Positions 55,251 to 63,651 of a DNA stretch of 64,000 nucleotides are shown here, in pieces (position 1 is the first letter of the stretch; every line of letters begins with the position of its first letter). Made by a program: the position numbers and the translations under genes. The notes beneath the pieces are model-generated. The model saw nothing but the letters and a program-made list of their open reading frames with translations, searched no databases and was not told the DNA's origin. The stretch is from an uncultured Actinomycetes bacterium (GTDB taxonomy: Bacteria; Actinomycetota; Acidimicrobiia; IMCC26256; DASPTH01): NCBI GenBank assembly GCA_963726965.1, contig CAVSEI010000011.1, positions 441,915-505,914 on the forward strand. The letters are read 5' to 3'.

Positions 55251-56408
55251 TCAGGGGGACAGGACCAGACCGCTGCGGCCCGCCGACACGAGGACGTGCT
55301 CGGCATCCTGGACCTGGTTGGCGGCGCTGCCTCGCACCTGACGTACTCCTTCGAGAATGTTGTTCATCCCGTGGATGTAGGCCTCGCCGAGCAGTCCACC
55401 GTTCGGGTTCACCGGGATCTTCCCCCCGACCTCGATGTTGCCGCCGGCGATGAAATCGGTGGCCTCGCCGGGTCCGCAGAAGCCGAACGCCTCCAACTGC
55501 AGGAACACGGTCGGGGTGAAGTTCTCGTAGATCATGGCCACGTCGATGTCGGCGGGCGAGAGTCCGGTCGCCTCGTACATCTGGCGGCCCAGCGCGGCGG
55601 CTTCCGGGAAGGTGGCGCGGTCGCCGACGTAGTAGTCGAACATCTCGTCACCGTCTCGCAGGTGGGCCTGCGTCGCCGCCGCCACCCGCACCGGTCGGTG
55701 TGGAAGGTCACGAGCCCGCGCGCCGCTCGTGATCACCATGGCGACGCCACCGTCGCTCTCCTGGCAGCAGTCGAGCTTGCGGAGGATCGGCTCGACGATC
55801 CAGCGCGACTGCTGGTGCTCCTCCAGCGTGAGCGGCTGCTGGTAGTAGAACGCCGCGGGATTGGTCGCCGCATGTTTGCGAGCGACCACCGGATAGAGGC
55901 CGAAGTCGACGTTGGTGATGCCGTATGTGTGCATGTACCGCTGGTACCAGAGCGAGTACACCTTCGCCGGGGTGTCGAGACCGAAGGGCAGGTACCAGTT
56001 CCAGCCCGGCGGCGTGACGCGCGCCTGATTGTTCTCCGCGATCGGCTGACCGAAGCGCCGTCCGGATCGCTCGTTGAAGGCGCGGTACACCACGACGGCA
56101 TCGGCCGCGCCCGACGCGACCGCGGCCGATGCGAGTTGCACGGTCGCGCACGCGCCGCCGCCCCCACCGCGCGTGCGCGCGGTGAATCGCAATTCGGGGA
56201 TACCCGCGCACCGGATGACCGAGAGCTCGTCGTTCACGTCCATGGCGAAGGTCACGGCGCCGTCGATGTCGGCGGGGGTGAGCCCGGCGTCGGTCACCGC
56301 CGCGGCGATCGCTTCGCCGGCCAGCTGCAGTTCGCTGCGTCCCGAGTGCTTGGAGAACTCGGTCTGGCCGATGCCGACGATCGCGGTGTCGCTCTGCAAC
56401 GCGCTCAT
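55251..56408 (-). CDS. SCP-x/Ltp-type thiolase-like protein
   Basis: ATG 56408 in ORF 55251..57329 overlaps the DUF35 stop (ATGA). The sequence reads MSALQSDTAIVGIGQTEFSKHSG...GGGGGACATVQLASAAVASG...NPNGGLLGEAYIHGMNNILEGVRQVRG. Confidence 0.85.
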   Translation of the reverse strand: MSALQSDTAIVGIGQTEFSKHSGRSELQLAGEAIAAAVTDAGLTPADIDGAVTFAMDVNDELSVIRCAGIPELRFTARTRGGGGGACATVQLASAAVASGAADAVVVYRAFNERSGRRFGQPIAENNQARVTPPGWNWYLPFGLDTPAKVYSLWYQRYMHTYGITNVDFGLYPVVARKHAATNPAAFYYQQPLTLEEHQQSRWIVEPILRKLDCCQESDGGVAMVITSGARARDLPHRPVRVAAATQAHLRDGDEMFDYYVGDRATFPEAAALGRQMYEATGLSPADIDVAMIYENFTPTVFLQLEAFGFCGPGEATDFIAGGNIEVGGKIPVNPNGGLLGEAYIHGMNNILEGVRQVRGSAANQVQDAEHVLVSAGRSGLVLSP

Positions 56409-56816
56409 GCGTTCCCGCTCTCGCCGCCGGCAACGCGGAACTGCGGGAGCAGGACACCGTCGACGTCCTCGATGCTGAGCGCGACTTCCATCCCGTTCTC
56501 GACGTCGTCCGGGCCGACTCCGACCAGGTTCGACACGAACCTGATGCCGTGGTCGAGCTCGACCAAGATGACGACCCGCGGTTCCGCGTCGGGCTTGGTC
56601 GGATGGTGCGAGACGATCCACGTGTACACGGAACCGTGGCCGCTCGACTCCTGCGTGTCCCACTCGACGGAATGGCACTCGCCACACATCGGTGCGGGCG
56701 GATGGCGCACTGCGCCGCACTCGGCGCAGCGTTGGAAGACCAGTCGGTGCTCGGCGATCGCATCCCAGAAGAACTGGTCGTCGACGCGTCGGCGAGGGAG
56801 GGATCACCGAGGGCAT
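56405..56816 (-). pseudogene. DUF35 protein (zinc-ribbon plus OB-fold), one apparent frameshift near the 5' end
   Basis: ATG 56816 gives MPSVIPPSPTR. After a frame change near 56781-56790 it reads DDQFFWDAIAEHRLVFQRCAECGAVRHPPAPMCGECHSVEWDTQESSGHGSVYTWIVSHH...VVILVELDHGIRFVSNLVG. ORF 56405..56710 covers only the distal part, and starting there would remove the first CxxC of the ribbon. Confidence 0.75.
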
Positions 56817-56817
56817 G

Positions 56818-59227
56818 TCACGCCGCCAGTCGAGGATGGCGCCCGAGGCGGCGAGCTTGTCGATGCGCTCGGCGTCGTATCCCAGCTCCTCGAGGATCGC
56901 GCGGGTGTCCTGGCCCGGCACGAGCGGCGGACCCTGCACGACGCCCGGCGTCTCCGACAGGTCGAACAGCAACCCCATCACGTCCATGTCGCCCACGATC
57001 GGATGGCGATACTTGGTGACCCAACCCTTCTCGATCATCTCGGGGTCGTCGAACAGATCCAGGACGAAGTCGGGTGTCGACACTTCGCACGGTACGCCGA
57101 CCGCGTCGAGTGCGCGCGAACCACTGGGCTGCGGTTCGGGTGCGGAACGCCGGTTCGAGCGCGTCGAACGCGGTGTCGGTGGTGATCGCGCCGACACCGA
57201 GCGTCGCCGCGAGCGTGGAGCGGTGCTCATCGGTGACCGCGGCGACGCAGAGCCAGCCGTCGGCCGTCTCGTAGAGGCGGTAGCGCGCGTGCCAGCCGAG
57301 TTGCATCGCGTCGAGCTGCGGGCGGTCACCGTGCTGGCTGCCGTCGGCCGCGCTCCAGGCGATCGACGCGTTCAGCAATTGCGCGTACATGATCGACGTG
57401 TCGACGAACTGGCCCTCGCCGGTGCGCGCTCGGTGGTACAGCGCCTGCACGATCGCGATCGCCGAGAGGAACCCGTTCCCGGTGTCGCCGAGCGAGACGA
57501 CCGGCCAGAACGGGATGCCGTCGTGGTCGAGACCACCATCGAGCCAGTCGGGCCCCGCCAGTGCCGCGCCGGTCTGGTCGTTCCCGGGCAGACCCTCGCG
57601 ATCGCCGTGCTCGAAGCCACGGGTGTGGCAGTAGATGATGTCGGGCTTGATCGCGCGGATGCTCTCGTAGTCGACGCCGAGGCGGACTGCCGCGTCGTAG
57701 CGCATGTTGTGCTGCACGACGTCCGCAGACTCGACCATCTCGCGCAGGACAACCATCGCGTCGGGGTCCTTGAGGTTCATCGCGATGCTGCGCTTGCCTC
57801 GATTGCAGCACATCGCGATGTGCGTACTCATCCAATAGAAGTCGTGCAGCGGGTTGACCTTGATCACGTCGGCCCCGAGGTCGGCGAGCATCATCGTCCC
57901 CCACGGGCCGGCGACCGCGAGCCCCAGGTCGATCACGCGAACCCCGGCGAGGGGTGACGGCGGCGCCGGCGAATCCGACGCCGTCGGCGACTCGGACGCG
58001 GACGATGGCATCGGCTTCTGCTCGCACCGTGTCGGTGTCGGCGCCGACTGCCCGAGGTGGCGACGGTGCATCCGTCGGACAGTTGTGCAGTTCGTAGACG
58101 CGCCCGACCTGGCGCACCGGGCCGAGGTGTGGGTCGGTCACCTCGGTGACGCAACCGTCGGCGAGGAACGCGGGATCGTGGAGCGCTTCCTCCGGTGAGC
58201 GCAGCGGTTGCAGCGGCACGCCCACCTCGGCGCCGAGCGCGATCCATGGCTCCGACGGGAACTTGGCGACGGCCGCCGCCATCAACGGTTGGTAGTGGTG
58301 GAGCAGCAGCATCTCGTTGACGTCCATCCCGATGCGGGTGGTCGCGTCGCACGGTCGCGTGGTCTTCTCGGTGCGCTGTACCCGATCGCCCTCGGCGGCG
58401 CTGATGATGAAGTCGGGGAGGGGCACCCACTGGTGGATCCACCGACCGTCGGCGCAGCGGAACACGCCCTTGGGCGCGCGCGGGTCGCTGATCCAGCTCT
58501 GGAAGTTGTCGGTCTCGACGTGTTCGACGCGCTGCCAGGCGGAGAGGGTCGTCGCGAGTACGCCCTGGAACAGGGAGGTCGACACCCGCTGCCCACGACC
58601 CGTCTGCTCCCGCACGCGCAACGCGGCGCTGATCGCCAGGGTGGCGAGGTAGCACGACGCCACGCTGATCCACGGCACGCCGGAGAACAGCGGTCCGGGG
58701 CGGGGCGCCGCCACCCAACAGTCGTCGGGGACGACGAGATCGGGGAATGCCGGGGGCACTCCACCGAGTCGCGCCAGCGTGCCACCGGGGACGCCGCGGC
58801 TCTCCCACTGGTGGCCGGTGCGGGCGGCGACCAGCGCGTCGTATCCCGGCCGGTCGGCGTGACGGCCGTCGTCCCCGTACCCGGTGATGGAGCAGTAGAT
58901 GAGGCGTGGATTGATCGTGTGCAGCGTCTCGAAGTCGATCCCGAGGCGAGCGGTCGTTCCCGGTGCGAAGCTCTCGATCAGGACGTCGGCGCGTGACGCG
59001 AGCGCGACGAAGCGGGCGCGCTCCACGTCGTCGTGCAGGTCGAGGACCGCGCTGCGCTTTCCTCGGTGCCACACCTGCGCGCCGCTGAAGCCCCGAGTCG
59101 GGTCGCCACCCGGTGGCTCGACCTTGGTGACCCCGGCACCGTGGTCGCCGAGCAGCATGCCGGTCATCGGACCCGCGATCCCCGTCGTCAGGTCCAGGAC
59201 CTCGACCCCGTCCAGCACCCCTGTCAT
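56818..59227 (-). pseudogene. tandem two-domain family III CoA-transferase (CaiB-CaiB, about 800 aa), 2-3 apparent frameshifts
   Basis: Domain 1 is in ORF 57326..59227 (MTGVLDGVEVLDLTTGIAGPMTGMLLGDHGAGVTKVEPPGGD...GYGDDGRHADRPGYDALVAARTG...VGADTDTVRAEADAIVRVRVADGV). Domain 2 is in ORF 56818..58071 (LAGVRVIDLGLAVAGPWGTMMLADLGADVIKVNP...). Its C-terminus is in the 55251..57329 frame (RALDAVGVPCEVSTPDFVLDLFDDPEMIEKGWVTKYRHPIVGDMDVMGLLFDLSETPGVV...ILEELGYDAERIDKLAASGAIL). Domain 1 has no stop codon in any plausible frame. Removing one C/G near 57951-57954 joins the two domains in frame. Other frame changes lie near 57112-57118 and probably 56822-56835. Confidence 0.65.
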
Positions 59228-59246
59228 CGTTTCCGCCTCGGGAAGC

Positions 59247-59633
59247 TCATGCGTTGACCGCCGTTCGGTAGACGTCGGGGTTCGAGAACTCGCGCCAGCG
59301 ATACACCAAGCCGTCGCGGAAGTACAGGAACATGATGTACAGGTTTTGATAGCGACGGTCGGTGTCGCGTACCCGGTTGTCGCCGTGGACCTCGACGATC
59401 ACCAGATCGGGATCGACGGTCGGGAAGTCGTCGACCACGACGTAGGAGATCGAATCGAAGCGGGCTTCGACCGCGGTCAGCATCGCCCCGAGCTCCGCCT
59501 TGCCCCGCCGTTCCAGGCCCGCGTAGTACGGCGCCTCGTACACGATGTCTTCGGTGCAGTGACGCAGTTGTCCTTCCTTGTCGCCCGCGGAGAAGCACGC
59601 GAACATTTCCCGGACGGTGTCGAGGTTGCTCAT
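59247..59633 (-). CDS. SnoaL/NTF2-like (ketosteroid-isomerase fold) protein
   Basis: ATG 59633 lies within ORF 59247..60179. The 128-aa protein reads MSNLDTVREMFACFSAGDKEGQLRHCTEDIVYEAPYYAG...VVEVHGDNRVRDTDRRYQNLYIMFLYFRDGLVYRWREFSNP. Confidence 0.75.
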   Translation of the reverse strand: MSNLDTVREMFACFSAGDKEGQLRHCTEDIVYEAPYYAGLERRGKAELGAMLTAVEARFDSISYVVVDDFPTVDPDLVIVEVHGDNRVRDTDRRYQNLYIMFLYFRDGLVYRWREFSNPDVYRTAVNA

Positions 59634-59684
59634 CGCCCGGAGCATAGTAGTCACTAGGTAGGGCGAGTGGGGTAGGTTTCGGCC

Positions 59685-60173
59685 ATGCCCGAAGTACAGC
59701 CTGCCTCCCAACAGAGCGAGCCGTTCGAGGAACCGCCCCGCGAGGAGATCCCGGCGATCAGCCGCGGTCACGTGGAGTACATGGAGTCGTCCGACGCCGA
59801 AGAGGTCTGGTGCATCGCGGGGATGCACCACGTGGTGCTCCACACCATCGGACGCAAGAGCGGCAACGAGCACAAGGTCGCGCTGCCGTACTGGGTGGAC
59901 CGCGACGGCCACCGCATCATCGTGGCGTCGTTCTCCGGTGCGCCGGATCATCCGTCGTGGTACCTGAACCTCTCCGACCGCGACGCCAACCCCGAGGTCA
60001 AGATCCGTGTGCGCGCCGGGCAGTTCTGGGCCGATGCCCAGGTGCTCGACGGTGCTGACTACGCGGAGACGTGGACCGCGCTCAACGCCGACCGGCCGTG
60101 GTACGACGACTACCAGAGCCGCACCGATCGGCAGATCCCGCTGGTTCGGCTCGTCGAGCTCCGGCCCGCCTGA
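59685..60173 (+). CDS. deazaflavin (F420)-dependent nitroreductase-family oxidoreductase (Ddn/DUF385-like)
   Basis: Full ORF of 162 aa. The sequence reads HVVLHTIGRKSGNEHKVALPYWVDRDGHRIIVASFSGAPDHPSWYLNLSDRDANPEVKIRVRAGQFWADAQVLDGADYAETW...YQSRTDRQIPLVRLV. Confidence 0.8.
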   Translation: MPEVQPASQQSEPFEEPPREEIPAISRGHVEYMESSDAEEVWCIAGMHHVVLHTIGRKSGNEHKVALPYWVDRDGHRIIVASFSGAPDHPSWYLNLSDRDANPEVKIRVRAGQFWADAQVLDGADYAETWTALNADRPWYDDYQSRTDRQIPLVRLVELRPA

Positions 60174-60181
60174 GCGCAACC

Positions 60182-60908
60182 GTGGACGTCACCGGCATCA
60201 TCTTCGCGTCGGTCGACTGCGACGCCGACGCGGTCGAAGCGTGGAACCGTTGGTACGACCTCGAGCACCTGCCGCCGAACATCGCGTTGCCGGGGATCAT
60301 GACCGGCAAGCGCTATGTCGCGCCCCCCGAGCTCCACGATGTACGTGAGCCGGCCGATCGGCTCGAGGGTTTCGCCGACGGCCGCGGTGTCCACGTGACC
60401 GTCTACACCCTCGGCGGTGATCCCGCGCAGGTGCTCGCCGACATGACGACGTACCGCGACAAGCTCGAAGACGCCGGCCGCATGTTCGCGCCCGAGAAGA
60501 AGATCGTCCGCGCGGGTGGACGCGATGACGTGGAGTTGGGGCGTCGCCGATCCGGTGTTGAAGGCCGATCCGGAAGACATTCCGCACATCCAGCACACCG
60601 CGATCCGGGTCGTGTTGCGACGCGGAGGTGACGACGACGCACGCCACGATGTCGCTCCCGCGGCCGTGATGGTCGACGGTGTGCACACGGTCCTCGGTCA
60701 TCATTCCATCACCGACGACTCGCTCGACTGCGACGTCTACCTGCTCGAGGGCGATCCCGTCGCGGTCACACGCGCGGCCCGGGTCGCGGCACCGTACGGT
60801 CCGGGCACCGACGTGGTGTTGGACGCGCCGTTCCGGTTGATCGTCCCGTTCGACTACAGCTTCGCCGACGCCATCCGGGGCAGCTCGTTGCCGCAGACCA
60901 TCTCCTGA
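60182..60908 (+). pseudogene. hypothetical protein (N-terminal EthD/DUF4286-like alpha+beta-barrel motif), one apparent frameshift
   Basis: GTG 60182 in ORF 60071..60631 gives VDVTGIIFASVDCDADAVEAWNRWYDLEHLPPNIALPGIMTGKRYV...KIVRAG. The gene continues in ORF 60516..60908 as DAMTWSWGVADPVLKADPEDIPHIQHTAIRVVL...VYLLEGDPVAV. The frames join near 60512-60520. The function is unclear. Confidence 0.5.
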
Positions 60909-60967
60909 AGAACGCTCTCCTCCGGAAGAACCCAAGCCTGCAGAACGCAAACCGGAAGGGGCGCATC

Positions 60968-62188
60968 ATGGAGATCGGCGACTCGCCCGAAGAAGCGGCG
61001 TTCCGGGCCGAGGCCCGGGCCTGGCTGGAGCAACACGCCACCCGGCTCGACGACGACTCGGCCTCGCCGCAGGGCAGTTACGGGGCCTCCGGGCTCCAGT
61101 CGCACATGGACCGGTCACGCGCCTGGCAACGCACCCTCTACGAGGAAGGCTGGGCGGGCATCACCCTGCCGAAGGAGTACGGCGGTCGCGGTGGCACCGG
61201 GATGCAGCAGGCCATCTTCAACGAAGAGCAGGCGCACTTCGACGTGTCGGTCGGCGCGTTCTCGGTCGCGGTGTCGATGGTCGTACCCACGGTGATCGCC
61301 CATGGCACCGAGCAACAGAAGAAGGAGCACGTCGACGCGATCCTCCGCGGCGACGAGCTCTGGTGTCAGCTCTACAGCGAGCCCGGGGCCGGATCCGATC
61401 TCGCGTCGCTCGGTACGCGCGCGGTGCTCGACGGCGACGAGTACGTCGTCAACGGCCAGAAGGTGTGGAACAGCTTCGCCCAGTTTGCCGACTACGGCAT
61501 CCTTCTCGCCCGCACCGACCCCGACCTGCCGAAGCATCGCGGCATCACCTACTTCATCGTCGACATGAAGACGCCGGGCATCGACGTACGTCCCCTCGTG
61601 CAGATCACCGGAGTCGCGCACTTCAACGAGGTGTTCCTGACCGACGTTCGTATCCCCGCGGCCAACGTGCTCGGCGACGTGAACAACGGCTGGCGCGTCG
61701 CGCAGACCACGCTCGGCAACGAGCGGGCGATGATCGGCGGCGCGCAGGGCGGCCGGCAGTTGGCCGACATCATCGCGCTGGCGAAGCGCATGGGCGTGAG
61801 CGACGACCCGGTCGTCCGCCAGCAGCTCGCGCAGACGGTCGTCCGCGCCGGTGTCATCAAGTACCTGGGGTTCCGCCTCCGTACCGCGATGAGCAAGGGG
61901 CAGATGCCCGGACCCGAAGCATCGGTGCTGAAGCTGGCGTACTCGCAGCACCTGGCCAAGACCGGCGATCTCGTCATGAGCCTGCTCGGCCCGAGCGCCA
62001 CGCTGTGGGGGAGCGACGCGCCCGATGCCTCGCGCTGGCAGGACCAGTTCCTGAGTCAATGGGCGAGCCGCATCGGCGGCGGTACCGACGAAGTGCAGCG
62101 GAACGTGATCGGCGAGCGGGTGCTCGGGCTGCCACGCGACCCGATGAGCGACAAGGACGTGCCGTGGCGCGAGCTGGCGAAGCCGTGA
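60968..62188 (+). CDS. acyl-CoA dehydrogenase
   Basis: Full ORF of 406 aa. The sequence reads MEIGDSPEEAAFRAEARAWLEQH...LPKEYGGRGGTGMQQAIFNEE...YSEPGAGSDLASLGTRA...IGGGTDEVQRNVIGERVLGLP. Confidence 0.9.
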   Translation: MEIGDSPEEAAFRAEARAWLEQHATRLDDDSASPQGSYGASGLQSHMDRSRAWQRTLYEEGWAGITLPKEYGGRGGTGMQQAIFNEEQAHFDVSVGAFSVAVSMVVPTVIAHGTEQQKKEHVDAILRGDELWCQLYSEPGAGSDLASLGTRAVLDGDEYVVNGQKVWNSFAQFADYGILLARTDPDLPKHRGITYFIVDMKTPGIDVRPLVQITGVAHFNEVFLTDVRIPAANVLGDVNNGWRVAQTTLGNERAMIGGAQGGRQLADIIALAKRMGVSDDPVVRQQLAQTVVRAGVIKYLGFRLRTAMSKGQMPGPEASVLKLAYSQHLAKTGDLVMSLLGPSATLWGSDAPDASRWQDQFLSQWASRIGGGTDEVQRNVIGERVLGLPRDPMSDKDVPWRELAKP

Positions 62189-62983
62189 GCCCGCGGACGA
62201 TCGCGATCACCGGCGCGGGTTCCGGCATGGGGGCGGCCCTCGCCGCGCGACTCACCGCGGCCGGCGATCGCGTCATCGGTGTCGACCTGAAGAACGCCGA
62301 GGTCCAGGCCGACCTCGGTACGGCCGACGGGCGCGCCGATGCGATCGCCCGGGTCGGTGAGCTGTCCGGCGGCACGCTCGACGGGCTGGTCACCCTCGCC
62401 GGGCTGGCGGGGCTGCCCGGAGCGGCCTGCGTCGTTGCTGATCTCGGTCAACTACTTCGGCACGGTGGAGCTGCTCGCCGGGCTGCGTCCGTTGCTGGCA
62501 CGGGGCACGGATCCGGCCGCAGTCGCGATCAGTTCGAACTCCACGACGTGCCAACCCGGACTCGACGAGGCCCTGATCGAGAGCTGCCTCGCGGGCGACG
62601 AAGCGGCGACGCGGGCGCTCGCGGGTGACGGCGAGTCCTTGAGCACCTACCCGGTGACCAAGACCGCACTGTCGTGGTGGGTGCGGCGGCACGCACCAAC
62701 GGCCGAGTGGGCCGGTGCAGGGATCACCCTCAACGCGGTGGCGCCCGGCGCGATCCAGACCCCGCTCCTCCAGGAGGGGCTCGATCACCCGACGGTCGGG
62801 CCGTTGATCGACGCGTTCAAATCGCCGCTCGGTCGCAACGGCCGGCCGGAGGAGATCGCCGCGCTCATCGCGTACCTGCTCGGTCCGGACGCGCGGTTCT
62901 TCTGCGGTTCGGTGGTGTTCTGCGACGGTGGCATGGACGCGCAGTTCCGGAGTGACGACTGGCCGAAACCATGGAGGCCCTGA
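62185..62983 (+). pseudogene. SDR resembling 3-alpha-hydroxysteroid dehydrogenase/carbonyl reductase, one apparent frameshift
   Basis: GTG 62185 overlaps the ACAD stop (GTGA) and gives VSPRTIAITGAGSGMGAALAARLTAAGDRVIGVDLKNAEVQADLGTADGRADAIARV...LDGLVTLAGLAGL. The gene continues in ORF 62339..62983 as LLISVNYFGTVELL...AAVAISSNS...YPVTKTALSWWVRR...ITLNAVAPGAIQTPLLQEGL...GRNGRPEEIAALIAYLLGPDARFFCGSVVFCDGGMDA. The frames join near 62415-62420. The block order and motifs parallel the Comamonas 3-alpha-HSD/CR sequence as I recall it. Confidence 0.8.
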
Positions 62984-63651
62984 TGGACACACTCGACGAG
63001 CTCCGAGCGATCGAGCGGATCAAGCAGCTCAAGGCCCGGTACTTCCGGTGTATGGACACGAAGGACTGGGACGGTTTCCAGGCCGTGTTCGCCGCGGACG
63101 CGACGCTCGACACGACCGAGGAGGCGCCCGAGGTCGAGGTGGTGCACGGCGCCCCGAACATCCGCCAGTTCGTGGAGGGCATGGTCGGGCCGGTGGTCAC
63201 GGTGCACCACGGGCACATGCCCGAGATCGAGATCACGTCGCCGACCACGGCACGCGGGATCTGGGCCATGCAGGACTTCCTGCAGATCCCCGAGGGTTCG
63301 CCGCTCGGCATGAAGAGCATGACCGGCTGGGGTCATTACACCGAGACCTACGAGCTGGTGGACGGGACCTGGTTGATCAAGACGCTCGTCCTCACCCGCC
63401 TCCGCCGCGACGTCGAGACTGGCGTGGACGTACCGGCGGACGACGCTACGCTCCGGCCGCCGCAACCGCGCGACGCCCGCGCCGGGGCGAGTTCACGATC
63501 CACCGCTCGGTCGTCGCCGACGACCTCTCGTTGGCGTACGTGCGCGAAGGTCTCGGCGGCCACCCCCTGGTGCTGCTGCACGGGTACCCGGAGACCAAGC
63601 GCATCTGGTGGCGGAACATCGCGCCGCTCGCCGCCGCCGGATTCGAGGTGA
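62983..63651 (+). CDS. NTF2/SnoaL-like protein; only about the first 145 codons look NTF2-like, and the ORF has no stop before it runs into the next gene
   Basis: ATG 62983 overlaps the SDR stop (TGATG); an alternative ATG is at 62971. The sequence reads MDTLDELRAIERIKQLKARYFRCMDTKDWDGFQAVFAADATLD...VVTVHHGHMPEIEITSPTTARGIWAMQDFLQ...WGHYTETYELVDGTWLIKTLVLTRLRRDVE. The remaining codons up to stop 63651 are out-of-frame hydrolase sequence. Confidence 0.6.
   Translation: MDTLDELRAIERIKQLKARYFRCMDTKDWDGFQAVFAADATLDTTEEAPEVEVVHGAPNIRQFVEGMVGPVVTVHHGHMPEIEITSPTTARGIWAMQDFLQIPEGSPLGMKSMTGWGHYTETYELVDGTWLIKTLVLTRLRRDVETGVDVPADDATLRPPQPRDARAGASSRSTARSSPTTSRWRTCAKVSAATPWCCCTGTRRPSASGGGTSRRSPPPDSR

Noticed and set aside
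55251-57329. A 692-aa ORF on the minus strand, considered as one gene.
   Set aside because: It is a composite. It contains the C-terminal part of the CoA-transferase, 11 codons of DUF35 followed by out-of-frame DUF35 sequence, and then the complete Ltp gene from ATG 56408.
59643-59660. A small palindrome, TAGT-C-ACTA, in the divergent gap between the SnoaL-like and Ddn-like genes. I considered it a further operator.
   Set aside because: It is a single 9-bp occurrence, is unrelated to the CTGACG-N3-CGTCAG family, and is short enough to arise by chance.
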